From: Sphagnum compactum
Taxonomy: Eukaryota
NCBI GenBank assembly: GCA_965153455.1
Contig: OZ234493.1
Location: 28,510,213-28,574,212 of the forward strand
Length of the DNA stretch: 64,000 bases
Direction: 5' to 3'
Position 1 is the first letter of the stretch, and each line of letters begins with the position of its first letter. The notes beneath the pieces were generated by a model. It had not been told where the DNA came from. It worked only from the letters and a program-made list of their open reading frames with translations, and did not search any database. Made by a program: the position numbers and the translations under genes. This document shows, one piece after another, positions 36,530 through 49,639 of the stretch.

Positions 36530-39500
36530 ATATTGTCAAAATGAAGGCATTTGATGACAACTTACAATAGCGAACACAACTCATCAAAACAAAATGGCTG
36601 AATGAACAAAATAAGGAATACATAAGTTCAACTACCTTTTATTTTGTGGACAAAGGTAGTCATTACAACCATTTACTTGATGAATTGCAATTCTTCAAGT
36701 TCATTGAATGGATTCATTCAAGAACATGTTTATATTAATAAACCCTCAAGACTAGGACACTTGAATATGTTTGGTTATCTAGACTACATTCATGTGCCCA
36801 AGTACAAAAGTAAAAAGCTAGGTCTTAGAGCTAAGTGAAGTATTTTTGTTGGGTATGACGATGCTTCAAAGGCATATAAGATCTATAGTCCACAACTGCA
36901 AAAAATTGTTGTCACAAAGGATGTTGTCTACAATGAATCAATTATGGGAGCACCCTATTTGAATGAGAAGAAAACTTATTAAATATTGTACAAAAGGATT
37001 AGTTGTGTTGGTTTTGGAAGTTTCTAGGAGATGAATATTTAGTGAGCCAAGGAAGGGGATTAAAGAAAGTGATTGCCGCTAATGATGATCAACATGAAAC
37101 TAATGGACCATTGCTACATCCTCAAGAATGTTCATCATCTGAAAAAGTTGACACCTTGTAAGCTATTTCCTCATCATCTAAATAGGTTGACAACCCACAA
37201 GATAATTCCTAGGACTTTGAACAATCTATTCCACTTAAACAACAACCACAACCTTTAGTTTTAAAGGAGTCATTTCAATGACTTTGAAATGCATTGTTTT
37301 ATTCCAAGGACTATATGTTTGCAACCAAATGTGTGATGGACAAACCAGTGGCATATGAAAAAGTTACAAGTCGTCTAGATTGGAGAACAACCATGCATCA
37401 AGAACATGATTCAATCATCAAGAATCATACGTGGGATTCACAAGATCTACTAAAAGGAAAGATGGCCATTACAAATAAATGGGTGTTTAAGACCAAATTT
37501 GTTGTAGATGGCACTGTAAAAAACTAAAAGCTAGGATAGTGGGTTAGGGTTTTGAATAGATTCAAAGAATTGATTTTTATGACAGCTTTGCTCCCATTAT
37601 AAGGGGGGCAACCATACAAGTTATAGTAGCTTTAGCATTGCAACGATAGTGGGAGATCAAACAATTCAATGTGCAATTTACTTTCCTTCACGAAGAACTA
37701 TTGAAGAATTATATATGTTGTAACCAAAGGGGTTTGAAATTAAGGGACATCAACATTTGGTGTGTAGTTTGCGAAATTTTTTGTATGAGCTTGGTATTCC
37801 AACACAAACTATTTCTTTTGCAAACACAATTTGACACATAATGAGTTAGACCACAATTTATTCTATAATGTTTCAAAAGAGGGTTTGATTATTACATTAA
37901 TTTTGTATGTTGATGATGTATTATTCATAGGAGATAATACCACCAAATTGTTTAGTTTTTAAGAAAAACTATAAATATAATACAAAATGTCCTATTTTGG
38001 ATTAGCAAAAATGTACATAGGAGTGGAGTTGTTTTGTTTCCCTGCATGCATCATGTTAATTCAATGTCGATTTGTTGAAACAACTTTTGAGAGTGAAAGC
38101 ATGGTAAGTATACAACTAAATGTCCTTGAACAAAAATGAAGTAGAAAATGAAACAATTTTTAACAAAAACACAAGAAGTTATATTCAAATTATATTTAAA
38201 TTTCATTTTGAAACCATGGTGTTTTCCATGGGGTTTATATTAAATTGACTACAAAATTTGAAAAACCTTGGCATAATATAAAGTAGGGAACAAATATTTT
38301 TGAATTTGACTTGTCAATATGGTGTTCAAAAGTACTTTTTCATTAAAAAAATTTATGAAATATATTTGTATGAAGTTATAACATAATGATCATTGTATAT
38401 TCAAAGGAAGGAAAATAAATAAAATTTACTTTTTTTTTGGTAGTATATATTTGACACATATTTGAAACAAATGTTACACTGCAAAAAATAGGCTTCAAAA
38501 GTTACTTACATTTAAAAAAGTCTACTTGAAACCAAATTGTACAATGAAAAATTAAAAAATTAATTCATAAAAGTGAAGAAGCATGTTGTTTTTATCATTT
38601 GAATAAAAATATTGAATGTATAATAATTTTGTGATGGGTTTTGGTCCTACTTTTTATTAACTTGACAAGTAGACTGCCAAGGACATTGAATTGTACACTT
38701 TACCATGCTTTCACTTTTGAAAGATTTTAGACATCTAGTTGTCATTCTATTGTCACACCTATGAAAGAAAAAGCTCAACTATTTAGTGATATGGGTTCGA
38801 AATTGATAGATTAAACCAAATACCCAAAACTTGTAGGAAATTTCATATACTAAACCGTTATTCATTTGAATCTATTAAACTATGTGAGTTGCATGAACAA
38901 ATTTGTTTCAAGTCTTCAAGCAACACACATGATTGTTGCAAAAAATATTTTCAAATATATTAGAGGAACCACAAATTATGGAATATTTTTCTCACGAGAT
39001 GGAAAGGATGCTTTTGTTTTTTATGTCGATGCAAATTAGGCAAGAGACCTTGGCAAGTGAAAATCCACAATTGGTCTACTCATTGTCCAATATTATGGAG
39101 TAGTCATCTTCAATCCATTATGGCATTATCTAAAATAAAGGTTGAATATTATGTTTTACCGGAGGTTGCAAGATAAGTCCCTTGGTTATGAGCCTTCTTA
39201 GTAGAATTACAAGCCAAAGGAGATGAACCCACAATGATACAATTTGACAACTAGAGTGCATTAGAACTTGTAGAAAATCCAATTTTGCACATTAGGACCC
39301 AACACATAAAATGCAACATCATTTCATTTGGGAAAAAACTCATGATGGAAAGATAGTAGTGGATACACATTCACAACAAAATAGGAAGCAAACAATTTTT
39401 ACCAAACCGTTAGGCAAACATCATTTTAAAAGGCTTAAAGATCAAATAGGTGTCTTTAATAAATCAAAATTTGAACACCATTAATGAGAATGGCGTCTTC

Positions 39501-39846
39501 ATGTTTCCAAATATGAAGATGTTCAAATTGTTACAATAGTCAAATGATGCATAGATTATCAAAAGAATATCAAATTTGAAAAGTGTAAAGGAAGGTGTTA
39601 ATATTAGTCACATGCACATGTCTATCAAACTTGACACGAAGTAAAGAATATTTTTAAAGATTATAATGGTGGTGACGATGGACTTCTAGCAGTAAGTTAT
39701 GATAAGATTGAAAATGAAACTTGTAGTGAACAAATATTATTTATAGTGATCCACAATTTAGATGTTCTAGATCTAATGTATATATTGAGAGCATTGTAAT
39801 GAACGTGTTTTCCTACAAATAAACAAGATTATACATATTTCTTTCG
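36530..39846 (+). mobile_element. Degenerate Ty1/Copia 3' half: integrase end, RT, RNase H, PPT, 3'LTR (39596-39846)
   Basis: MFGYLDYIHVPK...KKLG, FVGYDDASKAY, EHDSIIKNHTW...NKWVFKTK, ILYVDDV, ENPILH.RT.HI, FTKPL; purine tract aaaggaagg before TGTTAATATTAGTCACATG, which is homologous to the minus-strand LTR at 36495-36236; many stops and frameshifts. Confidence 0.85.
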
Positions 39847-40049
39847 TATGGAATCTTCAAAATTAAATTAATTATTTGATAGACATGTGTTGAATCTACC
39901 CCTCTACTCCAATATGTATTGTTTGGCACCCCAAATCAGCAATGTTGAATCATTTGATGTTAAAGCATAAGCAAAGTCAAATTTATTGGGTTTTTGGTAA
40001 CATGTCAACCTAGTTATATCATTGATCCTTGTAGTGAGGACATGGCCTT

Positions 40050-40420
40050 CTTTGTTAAGGACAAATGAAGATAATGAAAGCAACTCTAGAGGGTAGCCTT
40101 TACGCTTCAAAAGGACTAAAAAGACTGAACATTTGTAAACAAAGAAAACCTTATAACTACAAAAGCCTCTAGGATCTCTAAATTTCACTAGAAATAAATG
40201 CCCAACTTCGCAATAATCGAGATATTGGAACAAACATGGGGCATCCTTATATCATGTCCATACATGCAAACCAACTCTTGTTGAGATCGTTTGTCAAAGA
40301 TATTGCAAGAAATACCTTGAGAACTTTGCTTAATTGCTACATCCAAAAAATTACAAGAGAAGCCATTAGTTAGAAGTACAATGTTAACCACAAGGCAATT
40401 TTGGGTTTCTACAATCACCA
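40050..40420 (-). mobile_element. Probable Penelope-like retroelement RT C-terminal (thumb) fragment
   Basis: CNFLDVAIKQSSQGISCNIFDKRSQ...IRMPHVCSNISIIAKLGI, then frameshifted ..FCSYKVFFV...LKRKGYP; fits the FLD.xI..T..[YF]DKR...P...SNI...G...R.CS...KGY pattern of PLE RTs. Confidence 0.55.
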
Positions 40421-40475
40421 AAAAAGTCTTTGTAAAATTTATCAAACTTGGGCTCCATGTTGCCATGCACTAAGA

Positions 40476-40793
40476 GTGATGATCAAATTGACGTAAGGTC
40501 AAAATATTAATGTGTTTTCATTTGTTCCTTGAATCCTACAATATCAAAATAAAATTCCATGATCATAGAGATTTTCATTTTCATGCCATTGTCAAAAGAG
40601 TCATTGTCCAATTTACCAAACTTGGACTCCACACTACTCCGCAATAGTGTGACGATCAAATTGAAATAAGTTGGAATATTAATATATTTTCATTTATTCC
40701 TTGAATCCTACAACATCAAAACAAAATCCCATGATCGTATAAATTTTGCATGCCATTGTCAAAACCAAAAGAGTCTTTCTCCAATTTACCAAA
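40476..40793 (+). repeat. Direct duplication, about 170-bp period
   Basis: gtga.gatcaaattga..taag...aatattaat.t.ttttcattt.ttccttgaatcctacaa.atcaaaa...catgccattgtcaaaa...ccaatttaccaaa at ~40476 and ~40648. Confidence 0.8.
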
Positions 40794-41472
40794 TTAAACG
40801 CATGATGATATGATCTAATCAAAGGAGGTGAAGGCCCAATCCTGAGGATTGAAGAAACCACAGGTATTACTCATTCTCATTGGTTTCACTGCATCCTAAG
40901 AAAGAGTCTATATTGGAACCTAAGATTGCCTTTCATGGTTCTTCCTTGCCAGCTCAATGAACCATGCCCAGGTGCATGGGCACCAATTTGTTTTGGCATG
41001 GCACGAAAGACATGAGATTACACATTCTTTTCACAAAATCCAATGTGTGGAAGAAAAAAAGCGAAGCAATATCAAAATGCAGCCATAACAGTGAACACAA
41101 ATTAATCCATTCCATCAGTACTGAAAATAACTGCACCGATAGCCTTCACTGGGATGAAGGAGTGCTAGGTCTGCTTGAGAAGGATTGAAACATATATTGT
41201 AGAAAAAGTAACAGGAATGGTGTGCGAAGAAAGTCAGGCTCATAGTTCACTTAAATCCTGGCAGGTCTATGGCCATAAGATTTAAGTTAAGAAAAATATC
41301 AAGAAAAGCAGGGTTGAGTCAACAAACCTTAGTCTTGTACATGAGGAAGGGAATAATTTTGCTCATTCTATCCTAAAATGGAGCACCCAATCCATCCACG
41401 GAATCTTGTGAAGGCTACATGATACACAAGGTTAATAGGTACAATACCCACTATGGGTGTTGTAACTTGTGA

Positions 41473-44400
41473 CTAAGCTCTCCGGTACTCATCTCCACAG
41501 TCACCAATCACAGTCAGCAAGTCCCGGCCTTTGCTTGCGATTGATGAAATTCTTTCTAGATCATCCTCATCCAGCCTTAGCTTGAAAATCGCCTGTGAGT
41601 CCTTGAGGTGCTCCGAGATACCCAATCTCACTCCAATCATGGAACTTGCAACCGATGGCTACAAATGCCAGAACAAACATTGCAATGTATTATCTTTGAA
41701 AGACATGGATGGCTTTGAGATCAAGAGAAATCCATGTCAAGATCGTGCAACAAGAGGCATATTTCTGCTCTTGTAGGCAAAATTTGTAGATGTGAATAGA
41801 GGATTAACGCCTTTTTTTCATTTCCAAAACACAACCATTTAACACTTTGTAAGATGAACAAGTCAGCCTTGAAGCATCCCCAGCACCACTGTGATGATTT
41901 CCTAGTGTGATAGATGAGTTTTGAAAGCTCTGGATTGATGTGATTGAGTGATACCTGGTCAAGGATGTATCGCACTGCCACAGTTGCAATGGAAGTCCCA
42001 TGCTTGGAGGCTACCTTCTTCAAAGTGTGTAGAAGCTCTTGAAACAAACTCCACCCTCCCCAAGCATCTACCATCTGCATTTTCAACCAGGGAAATTGAA
42101 AAAGGCTTAACATTTATCTCTCCAGATCCTCAAAACAGCTGCTAAGAATATCCAATATACAGGTTTTGTAAAAAATCACATTTTATGCCAAAACCTCTGT
42201 CAAGGTGAAAGAAATAAGTGGTAGAACATTGTTGAGATGGTCTGTTGGGAGAGCAGAGGGCTACAAAGATGCAATGAAGAGGGAAAACAGCATCAAAAGA
42301 TACTAGCAAAAAAGCAAATGCACTGGACCAAATAGTACCCGCTTATATTTCTGAAGTGATGGTGTGTCAAGTGCAGGGCCAGCAAAGGGTATAGAGATGT
42401 TGGCATCCAAAAATTTCTCAGATAAAAGCCCACCCATCACTGTCCCATACCTGCCTCCATCCAGCAAAATCTGGTGAGCTTAGCTATGTCCCTTTTGGCC
42501 AGATTTCGTTCAAGGACTGAAACCCAACTGCCAATTAAGGAATCATCTGGAAACATTTGAGAACTAGGTGTATAGAAAGTTCAAACATTTCTAAAGCCAG
42601 CATGGATATGACTCTCTACATTCGCAAAACTGCAAGTGGAAACATCACTGCAACTTTCAAGAAATACCCATGAGAAGGAAAATACAGTACGTTATGAGCT
42701 TCACTCCAGTTAACTGACAAAGCTCAGCCATCTGCTTTTGAGGTCGCATGTCTACCACTGAGTGTTGCACCTGCAGTTGGACAAATACAAAACAAAGCCC
42801 TTATCTGTTGTCAACAAAGAATGAGTTACAGCTTTAGGGCCTTCAGTTCTGCAAAATGTACAGAGACCTCCTGAAACTGACTAGAGAACTGATTGATCTG
42901 CAGAGAGCAGCTAAACAATAGAATGACCAAAAAGCATGTGGATAATAGGAAGGAGAAATTGAATTTCAAAACAAAGAAATGAAGAAAGTTGAGTGGACTA
43001 GAATACAGGACCAGTGTGAGAAACCTGCCTGGTTACTGACAATAGGAATGCCCTTTTCTAGTATGATTTGCAGCCTCTTGGTGTCAAAATTGGTTAATGC
43101 CAGGGTCTTGATCTTACCTGCGCAGCATAGCATCCAGACATTCAATGATAAGAGTTCTGTACTAGAGTACTAATCTTCTAGATTTAGATCTAATATTTTA
43201 GTCTTGGGCATGAGCTGATTCACATAAATATTATAGCAAAGACATCAACATGTGATAAGATAAAGCTCAAAAGCACATTTACAGCAACCGCATCCTGTTT
43301 CATCTTCACAGCCCCTATCAGAATCCATGAGCCCCCAGTTGAACTCTTCTACTGGATACTAACCACCTTTATGATCATGAAAGGAATATGCAGCTTACCA
43401 CTGCTCATGGGAATCATTGCTGCAAAATTTTACACAAAGTTTGGCTTGCAGAGTGTAGAAAGATCTTGTGACAATTGTAAAAGTAGTGAGCTCCTGACCT
43501 TCCTCTTTTAGGTCAGTCATGTGCTTTAAGGCATCCAGGTAGCCTGGATCTGAATAGTCCCACCTGTGCCCTAAACAGATATTAGCTCCAATCTACTTGA
43601 CAATACAAGGACAATGCACAAGTTTGACACCCTTGATGTCCTCTGTCGATGTCCGATCAAAATGTAAAAACACAAATGACCACACATTAGTAACATAATT
43701 ATTACAAGGTCAATATTCCCACATAGAGTGAAACATGCAAATTACAAAATCTTTCAAATTCATAATCACCTGCAGCCATCAAAGCAGCTGGAGCTTTGGA
43801 GATTATAAGTAGAGAAGTACCAGTGAAATTGAAGCATGTCAAGGGCTTTGACATCCATGCGTTTTCGAGAGCGATCAATATTAGACTCCACATATGCTCT
43901 CGTCATCTTTATGGGAGGTGGTACCCACTTTGTCAGACTTCATCACCCAACCCAATCCCCAAAACAACCATGGATGATCACTTTCAATTCCAGAATGCCC
44001 TTAAAAAAGACCATTCAGCTTTCAGCGGGATGATGTCATATAAAGAATCTCTCCTGGAAATTATCTTGATGGAACCAGCTTAGACATGAGTCTAGCTACT
44101 GAGAGGAGACCTGGTAAGTCCATAAACAATTGCAGTCAGGAACCGCAAAAATTGCGTTGGGAACTTACCCTCTCACATGAGAAGCAGCCTCATCCCCACG
44201 CTGTTTGCGAATTTTGTTGATGAAGATGCCATATAGATCTTCGGCCGGTCCATCTGTTTCACACAAATTCAGGCATGCCCATATCATTCCATGCTTCTGA
44301 TGAAAGATCAATTTGCCTCCTTTATTCACTCAGTTGGGATTTCCAATTACACTTTGAAGGAATTCTGACTAGTGATATCATGACATTGTTGCCATACATC

Positions 44401-45334
44401 AACTCCCATCATCAAGAGCTCTTTATGAGAAAGGAAATCTGCACCATCTAACTATACATACTTTCCTCTTGACATATCTAGCAGAGCAACCAATTTTGAT
44501 AGGTAAAAATGGAGAACAGAATTGCACAGAGCCCAAGAACCACAACAATAGCTACTCTAGTGACTGGAGCTCTAGACAATGAATGGGATACTGATATTCA
44601 AGTGAGACTGACTCAGAAAATATTTTTCTTTCATCTGTTCATTTAGGTCAGAATCCTGATGTCTTAGAAAAAGTTTCAGCTAACTACTGAACAGTACAAG
44701 AATCCATCCCTCTGGAAAGCTCTTGAAATCGTTGCTACCCAAGTCACTAGAATGTGTGTATATTATATAAGTTTCTTCAGAAAGTGGTCTGCGAGAATAT
44801 TATTGGGTCCTGATGAAAGAGGAAAGACAGATGAGTGGGTCATGGGTAGGGTGGGCATGGAGGATAGATTAGCAAGGAAAGAAAGAGGAGCTGCTGCATG
44901 CAGCAGCAAAACATACAGTGGTCAGCCATATCAAAGGTGGTGAAGCCGGCATCCACATGACGCAACATGGCATCCACAGCTTCGTCACGTTCAATCTTCC
45001 CCCACCCACCACTGGTTTGCCACATACCGTTCACCACGCGACAAATCTGCAGTCTATCACTTCCATTCTGCACAACAGCCTCATGCTGCTCACGGTCGTC
45101 AATAGCTGCTGGCTGAGTGCCAGCAACTTCTGCTGCAGCTTCACTCCTCACCACCGCTACTCTTGTGCTAGTCTTGCAGATACCTTGAATTCTACTAGTT
45201 GTTATGGGTAGACGAGGAGTACTCCTGCTTCTGCTGCTGCTGCTGGAGTACAAGCTACTTCCACCTCTGCTAGCTGCTGTGCTTATACATGACTTTGCAG
45301 TTGAAATTGCCACAGGAGATGTGATCACTGCCAT
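41473..45334 (-). CDS. Aldo-keto reductase, At2g27680-like, with a probable plastid transit peptide; 9 exons, about 423 aa
   Basis: Exons 45334-44917, 44253-44169, 43937-43821, 43563-43499, 43117-43029, 42770-42691, 42450-42339, 42074-41955, 41658-41473 sum to 1272 nt. Motifs NGMWQTSGGWG, FDMADHYGPAEDLYG, LTKWVP, LDMLQFHWWDY, ALTNFDT, VSNQVQHSVVD, YGTVMGGLLSEK, GDCGDEYRRA; Ser/Thr/Arg-rich N-terminus. Confidence 0.95.
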
Positions 45335-45394
45335 TTCTTCCTCAATCTTCTTCCAAACACACAACACTCTCTCTTCCTCACAAGCAATCAACAC

Positions 45395-45433
45395 CCTCTT
45401 CTCTTCTCTTCTCTTCTCTCTCTTTTCTTTCCT

Positions 45434-45471
<38 letters not shown>

Positions 45472-47520
45472 CACACTTTTTCTTTTGGGAATTTTGTGAT
45501 GTAGCCAAACTGGCAATGAAGATTTAGCCAATTTTGGCTACTAGCTAAATATGAAATTAGAATTTTTTAAAATATCCTTCCATATTTTTGGCTACAATAT
45601 ACTTGAATCATGTATAGAAGAAGTCTGGTGATTTTTCTTAAATTTTGGTTCAAATTCTCTCTCTCTCTCTCTCTCTCTCTCAACACTTTTTTTCCCTTTT
45701 TTTGGTTAATTTCATGATGTAGCCAAACTTGCAATGATCCACAAGCAATGAAGATTTAGCCAATTTTGGCTACTAGTTAAATATGAAATTAGAATTTATA
45801 AAAGCATCCTTCTATATTTTTTGGCTACACCATACTTGAATCATTTTATAGAAATCTGGTGCTTTTTCTTAAATTTTGGTCAAAATTCTCTCTCTCACAC
45901 ACACTTTTTCCTCTCTTTTTTTGGTGAATTTTGTGATGTAGCCAAATTGGCAATGATCCATTAGAATGAAGATTTAGCCAATTTTGGCTACTGGCCAAAT
46001 ATGCTTGAATCATGTATAGATATTTGGGTTTTTTTTTTCTTCAACTTTGGTCAAATTCTCTCTCACACGCACCCTGCTTTTTTTTGTGGGCTGAATTTTG
46101 TAATGTAGGCAAAACGGTAATGAAAATTTAGCCAATTTTGGCTACTGGCCAAATGCGAAGTTAGAATTTATGAAACATCTTTCTATATTTTGGCTATACC
46201 TACTTGAACCATGTATAGATAAAAAATTTGTCATTTTCTGGCTATTGAAAATCTAAAAATCCACTTCATTTCAGCAATTTTAATTTTTAATCTAGCTTTT
46301 TGGTTAGATATAGCCAGCAGAAAAAGGCTGCTTCTCATACACTCACTAGGGTTTTCTTCTTCTTTTTTTTTCTTTTTTTTTCCCAAATTTGTGGTTTTGA
46401 AAATTTGGCAGATTTTTCAAATTTCTTAGCATTTTTTTTCGAATTTATGCTAAGAAAAGGAATCTTTGCCACTTTTTTTTGGGTCCATTTTCTTGTGTAG
46501 TCAAAGTGGCAATCATCCATAGAAATATTTAGCCAATTTTGATTACAAGCCAAATATGAAAGTAAATTTTTTTTTAAAAACATCCTTCTATATTTTTGGC
46601 TACCCACTTGAACCATGAACAGAAATCTGGCGAATTTTTTAAAAATGTTGGTTGAACTCTGACTGTTGAAAAACTCCCAAAGAAAAACTTGATTTTACAA
46701 AATCTTTTAAATTTAAATTTTCACTTTTTGGCTACGTATAGCCAGCAAAATTAAGGTTGCAAACAGGGATTTTTCTATAAAACATTTCCTGCAAATTTTG
46801 TGATGTAGTCAATCGAGCAATCATCCAGAAGAAGATTTAGCCAAATTTGGCTATATACGTGAAAGTAGAAAATTTTAAGAACCCGTTCAAATATTTTGGC
46901 TATCTTCCAAACCTGTGTCATAGAAAATCTGGTGAATTTAATTTTAATTTTTTTCCAAAATCTGGCTACTAATTAGGGCCATTTATATCACAAAAAGTAA
47001 TTTGTATATGTCAAAATAATATTTCTCAAAATGCTAAATAAGAAAGTTGAGTTTACAATACTCTCAAGTCATCAAAGTGGGTTGCCATTGTATTATGTGT
47101 TTTTCATTTTTCCTTTTTTTCAATTTTTTGCATTGTTTTTGGTTTTTTAAATAGGATTTCAAGAACAATTTTATTTTATTTTTTGGACAAAAGAATTGAG
47201 AAAGTTTTGGGACGTTTTGGTTTTTTAAGTTTCAAGTTGACTAGTTTTGCTAATTTTTGGGAAACGTTTGTCAAAATTTTGAGATCACAAAATAGGGTTT
47301 CCACACATACAAAGGATTTTTTTGTGGAAAAAAAAGGCCATAATTGGCAAGATTTAGATTTTTTTCAACTGCCATATATATTTTTACTATAGGTTCCAAC
47401 AAGTAACCAAAATATAAAAGGATTCTTGAAAGAAAATTTACTTTTGCATCTGATCAATAGCCAAAATTGACTATATCTTATTGCATCTGATGTAGCCAGT
47501 TTGGCTACATCACAAAAAAT
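45395..47520. repeat. Array of a dispersed repeat (ttgtgatgtagccaaa...gaagatttagccaa.tttggcta) with (CT)n tracts, directly upstream of the AKR start
   Basis: Copies start near 45492, 45713, 45931, 46098, 46493 and 46798, with an inverted copy at ~47390-47516; a related inverted copy sits in the ARD pseudogene intron (~12460-12580). Confidence 0.75.
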
Positions 47521-48077
47521 TGGAAAAAAAAAAAACTCGCAAATTTGTCCATAAGAGTAACCAGAATGATCTACCAAGAGAATTATTGAACTTTTTACAA
47601 AATGATAAATAACCTACACATTTAGTAGGAAAATTTATAGAGAACCAAGAAAACTCTTACAAATCAATAATTATTGAATTCTTAAATTTTAATAACTTGC
47701 CTAAATGTTTGAAATTTTTTCATCCATGTAGGGTATTGATCTTGAAACCCTAAAATTTCATCATTGCATGCAACCCATATGTGGGACCAAGCCTATAATA
47801 AGCTACTTATAATGACATTCAAGGTGGCTCTTTTCTTTAAAACAAACAGAAAAGTGTGGATGCACGACTCTCCCCTCCCCTCCCCCCCCCCCCCCCCCAA
47901 GTAATAATAGAAATGTTAATAAGTACCCCCAATTTAACAAACACGTAGACCCAAAGTTCCAATGTCTTCTTTTTTTCCAACTTTTTTATGTTGCTCAAGT
48001 GGCGATTATGGTAGGCAACTTTTGAAATAAAACTTCATTTCGTTTTGGCAACATTTTTCAAAAACAGAGTCTGCAAG

Positions 48078-48420
48078 GTGCTGATACAATTTTCAAGTAT
48101 GATCTGCACCACATACAATTAGATGCAACCCACATTCTTGTTGTCATGGGGTGTTGATACAAATTTTAGGTTTGATTTGTACCACATACAATTAGATGCA
48201 ACCCACATTCTTGCTACCATGGGGTGTTGATACAATTTTCAAGTTTGATTTGCACCACATACAAATGGATGCAACCCAACTTTCTTGCTGCTTGTGGAGT
48301 GTTAATGTAGTTTCCAGGTCTCATTTGTAGCACATACAAATGAATGTAACCCAATTTTCTTGCTACCATGGGTGTGATGTAATTTTCAAGTACGATTTCA
48401 ACCACATGCAAATGTATGTA
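48078..48420 (+). repeat. Minisatellite, about 73-bp unit, about 4.5 copies, decaying toward the 3' side
   Basis: gtgttgatacaattttcaagt.tgat.tgcaccacatacaattagatgcaacccacattcttg.t..catggg repeated head to tail. Confidence 0.85.
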
Positions 48421-49639
48421 ATCTTATTGCCATTGGGTGCTAAATGCATGGTTAACATAGATGTTATAGTTGAAAGTCATTCAAAAGGCATGTATGCTTG
48501 TGAACAAATTTCTAAACCTTAAAAAATGGATGGGATTTGTCAAGGTTTTTATTGGATGTAACTTGTTTGACATGTATGTAAAACTGGCAATAAGAAAATA
48601 TGGCATGAAATGATTGTTTGTGATTCAAAAACTTATATTAAAATGAACAAATACAACATTGTTTCCATTTTTTTAAGGTTTGGTTTTGGTCATGTTTCAA
48701 TTCTAATGTGATTTTTAGATATGACTTTTCACAAAATAAAATGTATGCAACCCACATTATTGTTGTTATGGAGGCATGTGTCGAATGCATGTGTTCCAAC
48801 ACAAATGCAGTTGAAAATCAAGGCAAGTACATTCATGAACAAACCATTGATGATGAATGAGATTCATTTGCTGGAAGTAATTTGGTTCATGTACATGCAA
48901 AATGTGGCAATTAGGATATGTGGTAAAATGAACACACTGTTTTTCCAATCCTCAAGTTGAAACCCATCTTAAACCACCCACATTGAAACACATTAGAATA
49001 CCACTATATTACACATAGTCATGTTTACACCATGTGTATAAATTTCCATATGTGTCCACCTTGAAGTGTAACCACTCATGGAGCACACTTAATCTTTGGG
49101 GACATTGAACATCATTAGTGCATCATTTAACCTTCATGAACTATTAAAATTCAACATAGTGGACCAATGCATTAAACCAAAAGTTCCACTACACCAATAA
49201 TTATAATATAAGGGGCCAACAATTTCACTAAACTAATCCACTAAATCAATAATTCCACTAAACCAACAATACCATTATGCTAAAAATTACACTAAGTCAA
49301 TCCACTAAACCAACAATTCCACCAATCCAATCCACTAAGTTTCACTATAGTCAATATATGGTGGAATGGGACAAGTCCCATTCCACCAAACTCCATTAGA
49401 TTCCACCACACATAATTTTATAAGATTAATTTTAGTATAAATACTGAATATTTGGTGTCCCACGTGGACAAGAATGGAGTTTAGTGGAATAAGTCGATGC
49501 ATGGTGGAATCTTAGTGGGGTCTTTCCCATGCATTCTACTTCATTAGCACTTCCACTGAAAATTTCCAATAATCCACTCTAATGGAGTTGGCCCAATTTG
49601 AGTGGAACTTAAATGGAATGTTCAATGGATTGGGGACAT

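Noticed and set aside
48078-48420. CRISPR-like array
   Set aside because: Units are contiguous degenerate repeats without unique spacers, there are no cas genes, and the context is eukaryotic.
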